From positions 3,328,001 to 3,392,000 of the forward strand of contig OZ250150.1 in assembly GCA_965237675.1 (NCBI GenBank): a DNA stretch of 64,000 nt, given 5' to 3'. Positions 1-12,200 of this stretch are shown in pieces. The position numbers were made by a program, and so were the translations under genes. Each line of letters starts with the position of its first letter. The first letter of the stretch is position 1. Below the pieces are notes generated by a model, which was given only the letters and a program-made list of their open reading frames with translations, was not told the DNA's origin and did no database searches. The DNA comes from Candidatus Latescibacterota bacterium (GTDB lineage Bacteria; Latescibacterota; UBA2968; GCA-2709665).

Positions 1-116
1 TGGCCATGTTTGTTGGCTCGGTCGGGTCGTTCTATCTGATGGTGGTGTTTGCCTGGGTTTTCGGGTGGCTGATTGGGGTCAGAGGCGCGGATTCCCCGGT
101 TGCCAGGGGTCGGTAG
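1..116 (+). CDS. 3' end of a membrane protein gene (partial)
   Basis: Open frame from the window edge reads AMFVGSVGSFYLMVVFAWVFGWLIGVRG..., hydrophobic, with TAG at 114-116. Confidence 0.5.
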   Translation, partial: AMFVGSVGSFYLMVVFAWVFGWLIGVRGADSPVARGR

Positions 117-278
117 ATGAGAGCCGCCAGGCGGCGTCATCAGTGCGTTCGTGCATCCGCGGCACCGGTGCGGCAACCCCTCAGGCAGATGCGCGGCGCG
201 GCGATCAAACCCGCAACGATGGCTGTCTCATGTTTGAATAAGTCTGAATTTCACCAAATAGGGAGCCGGGTGACGAGA

Positions 279-1193
279 TCATACCTGTGCCCACGCCTCG
301 TCGAGCACCCTTTTTGCGTTGGCGATGACGATTTCAGGTGATTCTCCCTCCATCGGAGAGACCTCAAAACTGAGAATGGGGCGTTTTTCAGGATCAAGGA
401 ATCCAATGTCGAGCAGTTCGCAAAGGAATTCTACGGCTTCCGGTACATCGTTTTCCCCGTCTTCACAACCAAAGCGCGGGTGGTTGTCTCCGTAAGCCGG
501 ATGATCGGGATTTCGCATCACACAGTTGCCGATATGGGCGTGGACCAGGTGGTCGCGAGCAATTCGCAGTGCATAATCCGAGGTTTCGCCCTGTAGCGGA
601 AAATGACTCAAGTCCAGCATTAATCCGAAGTTGGGATACTCACGCCTCACCCTGGAAGACACGTCGACCGCCAGGGCATTCGGGCCTACGAGACAATTCT
701 TGCCAAAGGGCAAACGGTCGAAGGTTTCCAGAACCACGCTCATGTTCCTGTCGGCCGCGGCGTCGCAAAGGCGATATAGAGAGTCGACCAGCAGATCCAC
801 ACCCCGCTCGCGGGCTTCGGGGCCCGGATCAGGTCCCGAAAGCAGGGCAACGCCGGGGGCTCCCAACGCTTCGGCCTGTTCGATACTGGCCATGACCGCG
901 TCCACGGCGTGGAGCCTGTGGCCCTCGTCGGCAGCGTTAATGTCCAGCTTGCCGCCAAGAAGAATGGGTTGGGCGCCAAAGGCTACGTCCATATGGGCGG
1001 CTGCGAGCAATTCCGCGGCTTCCGCAAGTACCTTCCCGTCGTTCATATGAGTGACTTCCACGGCCTGGAAATAAGGGTCTAGTGCGATTTTTTCAAGTGT
1101 TTCAAGAATGGGTCCATCACCGCCGATACAGGATTTGTAGGCCATAAAGTGGACGATGCCGATTCGAGCATAATTCTGAATGGGTTCGGTCAC
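279..1193 (-). CDS. Sugar phosphate isomerase/epimerase (xylose isomerase-like TIM barrel)
   Basis: 304 aa with AP-endonuclease-2-like metal motifs VLETFD, LDLSHF, HAHIGN, DNHP and SFEV. Confidence 0.8.
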   Translation of the reverse strand: MTEPIQNYARIGIVHFMAYKSCIGGDGPILETLEKIALDPYFQAVEVTHMNDGKVLAEAAELLAAAHMDVAFGAQPILLGGKLDINAADEGHRLHAVDAVMASIEQAEALGAPGVALLSGPDPGPEARERGVDLLVDSLYRLCDAAADRNMSVVLETFDRLPFGKNCLVGPNALAVDVSSRVRREYPNFGLMLDLSHFPLQGETSDYALRIARDHLVHAHIGNCVMRNPDHPAYGDNHPRFGCEDGENDVPEAVEFLCELLDIGFLDPEKRPILSFEVSPMEGESPEIVIANAKRVLDEAWAQV

Positions 1194-1356
1194 AACAGGG
1201 ACTCCTTTCTACCTGGCGAATTTACTGGCCCGAAATGGGTGGGGTGAGATTCGATAAACAGGAATGGGAAGCCGATTCCTTGAAGCCGGTACCGAGACAG
1301 CGATCCGTTCGTTCCGATATGCCGCAACGCATCCGCTCCAAGGGAATAGCGGGGGC

Positions 1357-1385
1357 AAAATACGCATTCAGAACGGTTTTGTCAA
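1357..1385 (-). promoter_or_regulatory. sigma70-type promoter for the isomerase gene
   Basis: Minus strand TTGACA-17-TATTTT. Confidence 0.5.
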
Positions 1386-1407
1386 TTGACAAATCGCAGT
1401 TTTCCGC

Positions 1408-1436
1408 TTGACTTTCCGAGCGGCGCCGTGTATTAT
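1408..1436 (+). promoter_or_regulatory. sigma70-type promoter for tRNA-Tyr
   Basis: TTGACT-17-TATTAT about 25 nt upstream of the tRNA. Confidence 0.6.
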
Positions 1437-1460
1437 TTCTGCCCTGATTTCACCTTGAGT

Positions 1461-1546
1461 GGGGAGGTACCCAAGCGGTCAACGGGGGCAGACTGTAAAT
1501 CTGTTGGCTGACGCCTTCGGTGGTTCGAATCCGCCCCTCCCCACCA
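1461..1546 (+). tRNA. tRNA-Tyr(GTA)
   Basis: Acceptor stem GGGGAGG/CCTCCCC, anticodon arm CAGACT-GTA-AATCTG, long variable arm, GTTCGAATC, encoded CCA. Confidence 0.97.
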
Positions 1547-1561
1547 ATTTTCGGGCTTTGC

Positions 1562-1589
1562 GCCCCTCCTTTTCAGGGGGTTTTTTTTT
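1562..1589 (+). terminator. Intrinsic terminator after tRNA-Tyr
   Basis: CCCCT...AGGGG hairpin followed by a T9 run. Confidence 0.7.
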
Positions 1590-1849
1590 GTTGTCTGAAC
1601 CGGTCATGTCCGTTGCCGGGCGGAATCCGCATCAGGTGGTTTGCTCCTCAGCGTTCCTGAGGCGTCTCACGGGTATCAGGCCGGTCGTTTTGAAGATGTT
1701 GATGTTTTACCTGCAGGTTTGCGAGCGCTGTCTTTTTTATAAAACTTCTTGACATAGGTACCTATATATTATAACTTCTTAAGTCTGGAAACTTTCGTGG
1801 CCGGTCTGTTCGTATGGCGGGCCCATAAAGAATTGTTTTTTTGTTAATT

Positions 1850-1926
1850 GCGGGAATAGCTCAGTTGGCTAGAGCGTCAGCCTTCCAAGCTGAATGTCGC
1901 GGGTTCGAGTCCCGTTTCCCGCTCCA
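1850..1926 (+). tRNA. tRNA-Gly(TCC)
   Basis: GCGGGAA acceptor, anticodon arm TCAGCCT-TCC-AAGCTGA, GTTCGAGTC, CCA end. Confidence 0.97.
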
Positions 1927-1980
1927 AATCCCTACGGGCTGCGTTATCAGCCCTTTTCTGTCGCGCAGACAGGGTGCAGG

Positions 1981-2056
1981 GCCCATGTAGCTCAGTCGGT
2001 AGAGCACCTCCTTGGTAAGGAGGAGGTCACCGGTTCAAGTCCGGTCGTGGGCTCCA
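1981..2056 (+). tRNA. tRNA-Thr(GGT)
   Basis: GCCCATG acceptor, CTCCTT-GGT-AAGGAG, GTTCAAGTC, CCA end. Confidence 0.97.
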
Positions 2057-2078
2057 AAATCCCGTCCCGCTATCGTCA

Positions 2079-2231
2079 ATGCCCAGAGATCTTATTACAT
2101 TGGCTTGCGCCGAGTGCGCGCGTCGAAACTATACGACAAACAAGAATCGCCGTTTACACCCAGACCGCGTCGAATTCAAGAAATATTGCAGGTTCTGCCG
2201 TAAGCATACCGTGCACCGAGAGACTCGCTGA
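2079..2231 (+). CDS. rpmG: 50S ribosomal protein L33 (Zn-binding type); not in the ORF track
   Basis: Manual translation [50 protein letters not shown] with two CxxC motifs; canonical position before tRNA-Trp and secE. Confidence 0.95.
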   Translation: MPRDLITLACAECARRNYTTNKNRRLHPDRVEFKKYCRFCRKHTVHRETR

Positions 2232-2261
2232 GTTTCTGGATTCATTGCCAATTATGGGGTT

Positions 2262-2337
2262 AGGGCAGTAGCTCAATTGGTAGAGCACCGGTCTCCAAAA
2301 CCGGTGGTTGCGGGTTCGATTCCTGCCTGCCCTGCCA
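2262..2337 (+). tRNA. tRNA-Trp(CCA)
   Basis: AGGGCAG acceptor, CCGGTCT-CCA-AAACCGG, GTTCGATTC, CCA end. Confidence 0.97.
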
Positions 2338-2499
2338 TTTTCCTCCGTAACAGACACCTGACCCGCGCCTGAATTCCGCAGCTTTTACAGGAGCCGGGTC
2401 ACTTTTACGAATCCCCATCACCCTGCGTCGATATCGGCTTGTGCAAGCCCAATTTCGGGCTGTCTCAGGTGTTGGGGCGTTTTCTTGGCGGTATTCCGG

Positions 2500-2685
2500 A
2501 TGTTTGCGAAAGTGGCGCAGTTAATCAAAGACGTTCAGTTTGAAATGGGCAAGGTGACCTGGCCGACCCGCGATGAGCTGATCGCTTCGACAAACATTGT
2601 GCTGGTGGTTTCGCTGGTGCTTTCCGTGTTTATTTTCGCCGTAGACTTCGTGCTTTCGCTGGTTCGCAGGTTTCTAATGAGTTGA
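2500..2685 (+). CDS. secE: Preprotein translocase SecE
   Basis: EMGKVTWPTRDEL motif plus a single TM helix; upstream of nusG. Confidence 0.95.
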   Translation: MFAKVAQLIKDVQFEMGKVTWPTRDELIASTNIVLVVSLVLSVFIFAVDFVLSLVRRFLMS

Positions 2686-2719
2686 CGGCCTCAGTCTATT
2701 CAACAGAGAGTGATGCCCC

Positions 2720-3259
2720 ATGTCAATGCGCTGGTACGTCGTTCATACCTACTCGGGACATGAAAACAAGGTGCGCTCCTATCTTGAAAGCGCCAAGGAA
2801 GGCACCGAGATTGACGACAGGATCAATCGGGTAGTGGTTCCCACCGAAGAGGTTGTCGAGATGAAGGACGGACGGAAGACAACTTCCTTCAGGAAATTCC
2901 TGCCCAGCTACATTCTGGTCGAAATGGAAATGGACAAGGAGACCATGCATTTTGTAACTAATGTGCCGGGCGTTACGAGTTTCGTTGGGCCGGGAAAGCG
3001 CCCGCAGCCGCTTCGCGAAAAAGAAGTGGAACACGTGCTGGGTCACGTGGACCGACGTCAGGTTCAAGACGATCTGGAAATACCCTATCAGGTCGGCGAT
3101 CGGGTTAAAGTGATAGACGGTCCGTTCAGTGAATTTATCGGGATGGTCGACGTCGTGAATCCCGAGAAGAGAAAGATCAAGGTCATGGTGAGTATTTTCG
3201 GCAGGAACACCCCTGTGGAATTGGATGTCCTGCAGGTCGAAGAGGCCGTGGAAGGATAG
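2720..3259 (+). CDS. nusG: Transcription factor NusG
   Basis: [22 protein letters not shown] motif [18 protein letters not shown]. Confidence 0.98.
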   Translation: MSMRWYVVHTYSGHENKVRSYLESAKEGTEIDDRINRVVVPTEEVVEMKDGRKTTSFRKFLPSYILVEMEMDKETMHFVTNVPGVTSFVGPGKRPQPLREKEVEHVLGHVDRRQVQDDLEIPYQVGDRVKVIDGPFSEFIGMVDVVNPEKRKIKVMVSIFGRNTPVELDVLQVEEAVEG

Positions 3260-3263
3260 CGCA

Positions 3264-3689
3264 ATGGCTAAGAAAGTAAAGACAATCATCAAGCTGCAGA
3301 TTCCGGCGGGCCAGGCGTCCCCCACGCCGCCGGTCGGACCGGCACTTGGCCAGCACGGTGTCAATATAATGGAGTTTTGTCAGGCGTTCAACGCGCAGAC
3401 CAAAGAAAGGCTGGGATTGATTGTTCCCGCGGTAATTACGGTGTTTGCGGATCGCAGTTTCTCCTTCATTACAAAAAGCCCTCCCGCAGCCGTGTTGCTG
3501 AAACGGGCCGCCGGGCTGGAGAAGGGATCGCCTGAGTCCAATCGAACCAAGGTCGGAAGTGTGAAGCGGAATCAGGTTCGGGAGATTGCCGAAATGAAGA
3601 TGGAGGATCTGAATGCAAGCAGCCTGGAAACCGCCGAACGTATGATCGAAGGAACGGCGCGTAGCGCCGGTATTACGGTCGAGGATTAG
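3264..3689 (+). CDS. rplK: 50S ribosomal protein L11
   Basis: [20 protein letters not shown]. Confidence 0.98.
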   Translation: MAKKVKTIIKLQIPAGQASPTPPVGPALGQHGVNIMEFCQAFNAQTKERLGLIVPAVITVFADRSFSFITKSPPAAVLLKRAAGLEKGSPESNRTKVGSVKRNQVREIAEMKMEDLNASSLETAERMIEGTARSAGITVED

Positions 3690-3702
3690 GAGGACCATCA
3701 CG

Positions 3703-4401
3703 ATGGCGAGGCGTAACGGTAAGCGTTTCAAGGCGGCGCTCTCTCAGATTGACCGGCGCGCGCATTATTCGATCGAAGATGCGATTTCGCTGCTGAAAGA
3801 TATGCCGCCGACGAAATTCGATCAGGCGGTTGAAATGGCCATACGTCTGGGCGTCGACCCACGCCAGGCCGATCAGCAGGTCCGAGGCACGGTGATGTTG
3901 CCACACGGGCTGGGAAAGACGATTCGAGTGGTTGTTTTTGCCAAGGGTGAGCAGGCGGCGGCAGCCGAAGCGGCCGGTGCGGATGTCGTGGGAGCCGACG
4001 ATTTGGCCGAGAGAATCAACGGTGGTTGGACCGATTTTGACGTGGCCATCGCCGCACCCGATATGATGCGCATCGTCGGGCGTTTGGGAAGAATACTCGG
4101 CCCCAGGGGTCTGATGCCCAATCCCAAGAGCGGTACCGTAACCCCGGACGTGGCCCGCGCGGTGACGGAGGCCAAGGCGGGTCGCGTTGAGTATCGCGTT
4201 GACCGGAACGGGAACGTAAACGCGCCCGTGGGCAGGATCTCGTTTGACGAAAACCGATTGATTGAGAATGCCCGAATACTCTTCGATACGATTTTACGCG
4301 CGCGTCCATCGTCTGCAAAGGGGCAGTATGTCCGGTCGGTCACACTGGCGACCACCATGGGCCCGGGTGTACGGGTCGATCGGTCCGGCGTGACGAACTG
4401 A
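3703..4401 (+). CDS. rplA: 50S ribosomal protein L1
   Basis: [16 protein letters not shown] and TMGPG motifs. Confidence 0.98.
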   Translation: MARRNGKRFKAALSQIDRRAHYSIEDAISLLKDMPPTKFDQAVEMAIRLGVDPRQADQQVRGTVMLPHGLGKTIRVVVFAKGEQAAAAEAAGADVVGADDLAERINGGWTDFDVAIAAPDMMRIVGRLGRILGPRGLMPNPKSGTVTPDVARAVTEAKAGRVEYRVDRNGNVNAPVGRISFDENRLIENARILFDTILRARPSSAKGQYVRSVTLATTMGPGVRVDRSGVTN

Positions 4402-4433
4402 CGGTGAGTATCCCCCTAACGGAAGGGAAAAGG

Positions 4434-4970
4434 ATGCCAACGGCTGGAAAAACAAGCGCAGTCGAAGAATTGACCAGGCTGATGAGCAGGTCCAAGGGAT
4501 TTTATCTGGCCGATTTTACAGGTCTCGATGTTCCTGATGTCACTCGTCTGCGAAAACGGCTTCGCGATGAGGATGTGACCTATCGGGTGGTCAAGAATCG
4601 TTTGGCGCTGATCGCGGTAAAAGAGGCCGGGATCGAGGGTCTGGAAGAGGTATTGCAAGGGCCGACAGGTCTGGCGAGTTCCGATACCGATCCGGTCACG
4701 GCGGTGAGGCTGCTTCACCAGTTTGCGGAGGAGGCTAACGGTCTGCCAAGGCTCAAAGGCGGCTTCGCGGACGGCCGGGTCTTCAAAGAGGATCAGATGG
4801 AGGCGCTTGCCCAACTCCCACCGAGAGAAGTGTTGCTTGGCCAGGTCGTCTCCACGGTTCAGAGTCCATTAAGCGGTCTCGTATTCTGTCTGGTCGGCCT
4901 ACTTCAAAACCTGGTTCTGGTTCTGAACGAGATCGGAAAGAAGAAGGGTGAAACCGGCGTCGAGAACTAA
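4434..4970 (+). CDS. rplJ: 50S ribosomal protein L10
   Basis: YRVVKNRL and GPTGLA motifs; gene order. Confidence 0.95.
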   Translation: MPTAGKTSAVEELTRLMSRSKGFYLADFTGLDVPDVTRLRKRLRDEDVTYRVVKNRLALIAVKEAGIEGLEEVLQGPTGLASSDTDPVTAVRLLHQFAEEANGLPRLKGGFADGRVFKEDQMEALAQLPPREVLLGQVVSTVQSPLSGLVFCLVGLLQNLVLVLNEIGKKKGETGVEN

Positions 4971-5029
4971 TCATGCCGGAGCATCTTAAACCGTTTCAAA
5001 CATCAGGATAAGACGTATGGAGGATTTCC

Positions 5030-5410
5030 ATGGCAATTGTAGACATTATCGATGAAATCGAGAAGCTTTCCGTTCTGGAACTGGCCGAACTGGTCAAAGC
5101 GCTCGAGGACAAATTTGGCGTAAGCGCCCAGGCGATGGTCGCCGCGCCGGCGGCCGGCGCCGGTTCGGCACCCGGCGGAGAGGCCGAGGAAGAAGAACAG
5201 ACGGAATTCGACGTGGTGTTGAATGCCATCGGCGACAAAAAGATTCAGGTCATCAAGGTGGTGCGCAGCGTAACAAGCCTGGGTCTGAAAGAAGCCAAGG
5301 AACTCGTCGACGGTGCGCCTCGCAGGGTGAAGGAGGGCGTCTCCAAGGAGGAGGCCGACCAGATCAAAGCTGAGCTGGAGGAGGTTGGAGCCGTGGTTGA
5401 AATCAAATAG
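5030..5410 (+). CDS. rplL: 50S ribosomal protein L7/L12
   Basis: [27 protein letters not shown]. Confidence 0.98.
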   Translation: MAIVDIIDEIEKLSVLELAELVKALEDKFGVSAQAMVAAPAAGAGSAPGGEAEEEEQTEFDVVLNAIGDKKIQVIKVVRSVTSLGLKEAKELVDGAPRRVKEGVSKEEADQIKAELEEVGAVVEIK

Positions 5411-5480
5411 TCGAATGGCAATTTAACCTGCATTCCTGCCTTCAATCATTGGCCGATTTCACCAGAGGAGCGTGATCATC

Positions 5481-8400
5481 TTGGCGAAACAAGGACTTAT
5501 AGACAGGAAATCTTACGGAAAGATTGCTTCAGCCATCGAAATGCCGAATCTTCTGGACATCCAGATAAATTCTTACAGCTGGTTCTTACAAAAGGATATA
5601 CCGCCTGGCGAACGTGGCAAACAGGGCCTCCAGGCGGTTTTCTATAGCATCTTTCCCATCAGCGACCTGCACAGGCTCTTTTCGCTCGAGTTTGTCGACT
5701 ATTCCATCGGCACACCCAAATACGATGTGGGTGAATGTCTGGAGCGCGGAGCAACCTACGCGGTTCCACTGCGCGCCACGTTGAGGTTGATTTCCCGGGA
5801 AAAGCAGGACAACAAAGAGCTTCGGATCAAAGACATCGTGGAGCAGACGGTATTCCTGGGTGAACTGCCGCTCATGACCGACGAAGGCACGTTTATTGTC
5901 AACGGTTCCGAGAGGGTGATTGTAAGCCAGTTGCACAGGTCTCCCGGAGTCTTTTTCGACGAGACCATTCACCCCAACGGGAAGCGGCTCTACTCAGCCC
6001 GGATCATTCCGTACAAGGGCGCATGGCTGGAGTTCAGCCTGGACATAAACGATATCATGTACGTGCACATCGACAGGAAACGGAAACTGCCGTTTACCAC
6101 GTTTTTGCGCGCGCTGGGTTACAGCCGAAGTGAAGAAATTCTAAGCCTTTTTCATGAGAACAGAACGGCGAAGGTCAACGAAGAACTGGTTGGTGCCATC
6201 GCAATGGAGGACGTGGTCGACAAGGGGACCGGCGAGTTGATTGTCGAAGCCTATGGAACGGTGACCGACGAACATCTGCAGGCGTTGAAGGACGGTAAAG
6301 TCAAACGCATGACGGTACTCGACCTGGACACCGAGAACGATGGCGGGGTGATTGCCAATACACTCCAGAAAGACCCTTGCGATAACGAAGAAGAAGCGCT
6401 CTCCCGAATCTACAATCTTCTGCGTCCCGGAGATCCGCCAAACCTTGAGACGGCCCGTGGCCTTCTCGAGCGCCAGTTCTTCAGCCCCAAGCGTTATCAG
6501 CTGGGCGAGGTCGGTCGTTACCGCTTGAACCAGCGGTTGAACCTGAATATCCCCCTCGAATTCACCACCTTGTGCATCGAGGATTTTCACAGGGTAATCC
6601 AATATCTGCTGCTGCTGTTCAAGGGCGAAGGCTATACGGACGACATCGACCATCTGGGCAATCGACGCATACGGACCGTCGGCGAACTCCTGTCCTATCA
6701 TTTTTCAACCGGTCTGGTCCGAATGGCCCGGACGATCAGAGAGCGGATGAGTCTCAGGGATACGGAGCAGATTACACCCCAGGATCTGGTCAACGCACGG
6801 ACGGTTTCAACGGTTGTCCAGGCCTTCTTCGGCAGCAGCCAGCTTTCCCAGTTCCTGCAGCAGACCAACCCGCTCGACGAACTGTCCCATAAGCGACGAC
6901 TGTCGGCTCTGGGACCCGGAGGTCTGACACGCGACCGGGCCGGTTTCGAGGTACGTGACGTTCACCATACCCACTACGGGCGCATCTGTCCCATCGAAAC
7001 GCCGGAGGGACCCAATATTGGCCTTATCGCCAATATCTCCACCTACGCCAAGATCAACGCTCTGGGATTTCTGGAAACGCCGTACAGGGTCGTGAAAGAT
7101 GGGAGGGTTACTTCCGAAATCAGGTATCTTTCCGCCGACGAGGAAGACAAACACACGATCGCCCAGGCCAATGCACTGCTCGACTCCGACGGGAGATACA
7201 AGGACTCCGTGGTCCAGGCCCGGCGGCGGGGCGACTTTCCGCTCGTGGCGCCGTCGGAAGTCAATTATATGGACGTTTCGCCGTGTCAGCTGGTCAGTAC
7301 GGCGGCGTCCCTGATTCCGTTTCTTGAGCACGACGATGCAAACCGTGCCCTGATGGGTTCCAATATGCAGCGTCAGGCTGTGCCTTTGCTACGTACGGAG
7401 GCGCCGCTCGTAGGTACCGGAATGGAGCATGCGGTCGCCGTGGATTCCAAGGCGGTCGTAACGGCGAGGAACCCCGGGGCGGTGGTCTACGTGAGTGCGG
7501 ACAGGATTGTGGTCAAACGACGTAAGGGCCGCGACGTCGAAATGATCGATCTGTTCGACGAAGATGTCTACCGGCTGATCAAGTTTAAACGGTCAAACCA
7601 GGATTTCTGCATCAGCCAGAAGCCGCTCGTGCACGTCGGCGACAGGGTTGAAGCCGGAGATCTGTTGGCAGACGGTTGCGCCACGGACCGTGGGGACCTT
7701 GCCCTTGGCGCGAACGTGCTTTGCGCGTTTATGTCGTGGAACGGGTACAATTTCGAAGATGCGATCATTGTATCCGAGCGGCTGCTGAAGAAAGATATCT
7801 TCACATCGATCTCCATAGAGGAGTTCGAACTCCAGGTGCGGGATACCAAGAGAGGGGTGGAGGAAATAACCCGGGAAATACCGAATGTCAGCGAGCAGGC
7901 GGTTCGTAACCTGGATGAACAGGGCATCGTTCGGGCCGGCGCGGAGGTGACCTCCGGAGACATTCTCGTGGGTAAAGTAACGCCCAAGGGCGAAACGGAA
8001 CTTTCACCCGAGGAGCGCCTCCTGCGCGCAATTTTTGGAGAAAAAGCGGGTGATGTTAGAGATGCGTCCTTAAAGGCGCCGTCCGGAATGGACGGAGTTG
8101 TCATGGACCGGAAGGTCTTCTCGCGGAAAAATCGGGAGAAAACACGAAATGCGGATAAAGAAAAAACGGCCTCTGTCAAAAAACAGATCCAGGAGAAAAT
8201 CGGCGCGATAAAGACCAGCCGGAACGAACAGGTGGCGGAGTTGCTGAGGGACAAAAAGGTGAATCTGTTGCGGCATGCCGAAGATGGCTCGGTGGCGGCA
8301 CGTTTCGGAAGAATATTCGATCAGAAGCTGGCTGAAAAGCTCGACCTTGATTTCGTTCGGCCGGACGAATCCTGGGTCGAAGATGCCGGCACCAGCGACA

Positions 8401-9248
8401 AGGTCGACCGCATTATCGACTTGTCCAAGAAACTGATTCGGGCAGCCGAAGACGAACTGGATCGGGAACTGGAAAAAATCGCGCGGGGCGATGAACTTCC
8501 GCCGGGGATTGTACAGCTTATCAAAGTGTATATCGCGCGTAAGCGCAAACTGATGGTCGGTGACAAGATGGCCGGACGCCACGGCAACAAGGGTGTCGTT
8601 TCAATTATCGTTCCGGAAGAAGATTTGCCGTACCTGCCCGACGGCACCCCCATCGATATTATCCTGAATCCGCTGGGTGTCCCGTCCCGGATGAATCTGG
8701 GGCAGATTCTTGAGACCCACCTCGGATGGGCGGCCCGGGCACTCAACCAACATGTCGCCTCGCCGGTCTTCGACGGCGCTTCATTGGAAGACATCAAGAC
8801 GGCGTTGCGCGAGGCCGATCTCCCGGAAGCCGGCAAAACCGTGCTGTACGACGGAAAAACCGGAAGGCCTTTCGATAAGGAGGTAATGGTTGGGTACATA
8901 TATATGCTGAAGCTGTCGCATCTGGTCAGCGACAAGATCCACGCCCGATCCATCGGGCCGTATTCGCTGGTGACGCAACAGCCCCTTGGAGGCAAGGCGC
9001 AATTCGGCGGCCAGCGATTCGGCGAAATGGAGGTCTGGGCGCTGGAGGCCTACGGCGCCGCCTATATGTTGCAGGAGATGCTGACCGTCAAGTCCGATGA
9101 TGTCGCAGGACGTTCAAAGATCTACGAAGCGATCGTAAAGGGCGAGAATCCACCTGAACCGGGGGTTCCTGAATCCTTCAACGTGCTGGTCAAGGAATTG
9201 CAGAGCCTCTGTCTGGACGTGGTCCTGGAGAATGGTCAGAGCGGGTAA
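5481..9248 (+). CDS. rpoB: RNA polymerase beta subunit
   Basis: [47 protein letters not shown]; TTG start after AGGAG inferred. Confidence 0.99.
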   Translation: MAKQGLIDRKSYGKIASAIEMPNLLDIQINSYSWFLQKDIPPGERGKQGLQAVFYSIFPISDLHRLFSLEFVDYSIGTPKYDVGECLERGATYAVPLRATLRLISREKQDNKELRIKDIVEQTVFLGELPLMTDEGTFIVNGSERVIVSQLHRSPGVFFDETIHPNGKRLYSARIIPYKGAWLEFSLDINDIMYVHIDRKRKLPFTTFLRALGYSRSEEILSLFHENRTAKVNEELVGAIAMEDVVDKGTGELIVEAYGTVTDEHLQALKDGKVKRMTVLDLDTENDGGVIANTLQKDPCDNEEEALSRIYNLLRPGDPPNLETARGLLERQFFSPKRYQLGEVGRYRLNQRLNLNIPLEFTTLCIEDFHRVIQYLLLLFKGEGYTDDIDHLGNRRIRTVGELLSYHFSTGLVRMARTIRERMSLRDTEQITPQDLVNARTVSTVVQAFFGSSQLSQFLQQTNPLDELSHKRRLSALGPGGLTRDRAGFEVRDVHHTHYGRICPIETPEGPNIGLIANISTYAKINALGFLETPYRVVKDGRVTSEIRYLSADEEDKHTIAQANALLDSDGRYKDSVVQARRRGDFPLVAPSEVNYMDVSPCQLVSTAASLIPFLEHDDANRALMGSNMQRQAVPLLRTEAPLVGTGMEHAVAVDSKAVVTARNPGAVVYVSADRIVVKRRKGRDVEMIDLFDEDVYRLIKFKRSNQDFCISQKPLVHVGDRVEAGDLLADGCATDRGDLALGANVLCAFMSWNGYNFEDAIIVSERLLKKDIFTSISIEEFELQVRDTKRGVEEITREIPNVSEQAVRNLDEQGIVRAGAEVTSGDILVGKVTPKGETELSPEERLLRAIFGEKAGDVRDASLKAPSGMDGVVMDRKVFSRKNREKTRNADKEKTASVKKQIQEKIGAIKTSRNEQVAELLRDKKVNLLRHAEDGSVAARFGRIFDQKLAEKLDLDFVRPDESWVEDAGTSDKVDRIIDLSKKLIRAAEDELDRELEKIARGDELPPGIVQLIKVYIARKRKLMVGDKMAGRHGNKGVVSIIVPEEDLPYLPDGTPIDIILNPLGVPSRMNLGQILETHLGWAARALNQHVASPVFDGASLEDIKTALREADLPEAGKTVLYDGKTGRPFDKEVMVGYIYMLKLSHLVSDKIHARSIGPYSLVTQQPLGGKAQFGGQRFGEMEVWALEAYGAAYMLQEMLTVKSDDVAGRSKIYEAIVKGENPPEPGVPESFNVLVKELQSLCLDVVLENGQSG

Positions 9249-9275
9249 GATCCGATAGAGGGGTCATCTTTTTAT

Positions 9276-12200
9276 TTGGATTTCGATCGCAAAAAGGGGG
9301 TAAGGCCCGTGGCGGACATCAACACTTCCAAGCGGCCCACAGAATTCAATTCCATCCGTATCCAACTCGCTTCTCCCGAAACGATCCGGGGTTGGTCCCG
9401 CGGTGAGGTGACCAAACCGGAAACCATCAACTACCGCTCGTTCAAGCCCGAGCGTGACGGTCTGTTCTGCGAACGTATCTTCGGTCCGGTTAAAGATTGG
9501 GAATGCAGCTGCGGAAAGTACAAGAGGATTCGCTACCGGGGCGTTGTATGTGACAGGTGCGGCGTGGAAGTGACACAATCCAAGGTGCGTCGTGAGCGGC
9601 TGGGCCACATCGAACTGGCGGTGCCGGTTTCGCATATCTGGTTTTTCAAGTCGCTGCCTTCGCGTATGGGTTATCTGCTGGATATCACGATTCGCAATCT
9701 GGAACGGATCATCTATTACGAGTCTTACGTCGTGTTGGATCCGGGTGACGCGCCGGATTTGAAGTATAAGGATCTTCTATCCGAAGATGAGGCCTTTGAA
9801 CTCGAGTCGGAGGGGTACAACTTTACCACGGATATGGGTGCGGTCGCGCTCAAAAAGCTGCTCAGTGAGATAGACATCGAGGAACTTTCCGCGGAGTTGC
9901 GCACCCAGGCGCGCATGGAAACTTCCGTTCAGCGCAAGCAGGAGGCGTTGAAACGGCTGAAAGTGGTCGAGGCATTTCGCCAGTCCGACAACCAACCGTC
10001 ATGGATGATTCTAGACGTCATTCCAGTTATTCCGCCGGATCTCCGGCCGCTGGTTCCCCTGGAGGGTGGACGTTTTGCCACGTCGGATTTGAACGATCTG
10101 TACCGGCGGGTCATCAACCGGAACAACAGGCTGAAAAAGCTGATCGAAATCAAGGCGCCGGAGGTGATCCTGCGCAACGAGAAACGTATGCTTCAGGAGG
10201 CCGTCGACGCGCTATTCGACAATGGCCGCAGGTCTCGAGCCGTGCGAGGCGATGGCAACCGATCGTTGAAATCCCTCTCGGATCTCCTGAAGGGAAAGCA
10301 GGGCCGCTTCCGTCAGAATCTGCTCGGCAAGCGGGTCGACTATTCCGGCCGATCGGTAATCGTGGTCGACCCCAACCTCAAGTTGCATCAATGCGGGCTT
10401 CCGAAGCACATGGCGCTTGAGTTGTTCAAGCCGTTCATCATCAAAAAACTGGAAGAGCGCGGATTGGTCCAGACCGTGAAAAGCGCAAAGAAGCTCGTCG
10501 AGCGCGAACGGGTTGAAGTATGGGATATTCTGGAGGATATTATCCAGGATCACTACGTCCTGCTCAACCGGGCACCCACGCTCCACCGGCTCGGCATTCA
10601 GGCGTTCCAGCCCGTGCTGGTGGAAGGGAAGGCCATTCGCATCCATCCACTGGTCTGCGCCGCATTCAATGCAGACTTCGACGGCGACCAGATGGCGGTT
10701 CACGTGCCGCTTTCTTTCGAGGCGCAAATTGAAGCGCGCGTCCTGGTCATGTCCGCGAACAATATGCTCAAGCCCGCAGACGGATCCGCGGTGATCGTGC
10801 ACAATCCGCAGGACATCGCCATGGGCTGTTATTATCTGACCAAGATGGTTCAGCAGTCCGGCAACGAACATGTCAAGGCATTCGGCAGCCCCAACGAAGC
10901 ACTGATCGCACACGATTACGGAAAATTACCCCTTCACGAAGCCATTCGGGTGCGTGTCGACGGAAAGCTGCTGACAACCACCGTAGGCCAGGTGATTTTC
11001 AATGACATTCTGCCCGACGGAATGCCCTATATCAATCAGATGGTGGACAAACCGGTGATACAGAAAGTAACCACCGACGTCCACCGGCGATTTGGAAATC
11101 GGGCAACCGTTGAATTTGCCGACGGCTTGAAACGGCTGGGTTATGACTACGCCACCCGATCCGGTGTAACCGTTTCGATGGACGACGTGGTGGTTCCGCC
11201 CAAGAAGCAGGAACTGATCGATAAAGCCAAGGGTGAAGTCGATCGGATCCTGCAGCAGTACGTGCATGGCGTAATCACAGAAGGCGAGCGGTACAACAAG
11301 GTCATCGACGTCTGGCAGCACACCACGAACAATATCGCCGAGATGATGAACGAGGCGCTGGAGCATTCGGAGGCAGGCTTCAATTCGATCTACATCATGA
11401 AAGACTCCGGCGCTCGCGGCAGCGACGACCAGGTGAAGCAGCTGGGCGGTATGCGGGGGTTGATGAACAAACCTCAGAAGAAGCTTACGGGAGCGATCGG
11501 TGAGATTATCGAGACGCCCATCGTCGCATCCTTTAAAGAGGGTCTGTCGGTCCTTGAGTACTTCATTTCCACGCACGGAGCAAGAAAAGGGTTGGCCGAC
11601 ACGGCATTGAAGACCGCCGAGGCGGGTTATCTCACCCGTCGCATGGTGGATGTGGCACAGGACGGAGTGATAGGCGAAGGGGATTGCGGCACCATTATGG
11701 GCATCGAGCTCGAAGCGTTCAAAGAGGGCGAGGAGGTGGTCGAGCCCCTGGCGGATCGTATCGTGGGCCGAACTCTGTTGGAGGATGTGTACGATCCGAT
11801 CGGCGGCGAGATCATCGTGGAAAGCGATATGCTCCTCGACGAGGCATCCGCTGCCAAGATTGCCGATGCCGGTGTGGAACGGGTGAATGTGCGTTCGGTT
11901 TTGACCTGCGAAGCCCGCCGAGGCATCTGCGCCAAGTGTTATGGTAGTAACCTCGCCACCGCCAGGCTCGTTGACATCGGCGAAGCCGTCGGCGTGATTG
12001 CCGCCCAGAGCGTCGGTGAGCCGGGTACCCAACTCACGTTGCGTACGTTCCATATCGGTGGTACGTCCAGCCGGATCGCGGAACAGGCCGAAATCGTCGC
12101 CAAACGGGCCGGCGTTGTGCGGTTCATCAATATGGATTCCGTCACCCGGACCGACGGACAACGCACTGCGGTGGGCAGGAATGGAGAATTCGAGGTGCAT

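Noticed and set aside
1459-2357. ORFs 1459-1752, 1894-2271, 2012-2203 and 2154-2357
   Set aside because: They overlap tRNA genes and rpmG, so they are spurious.
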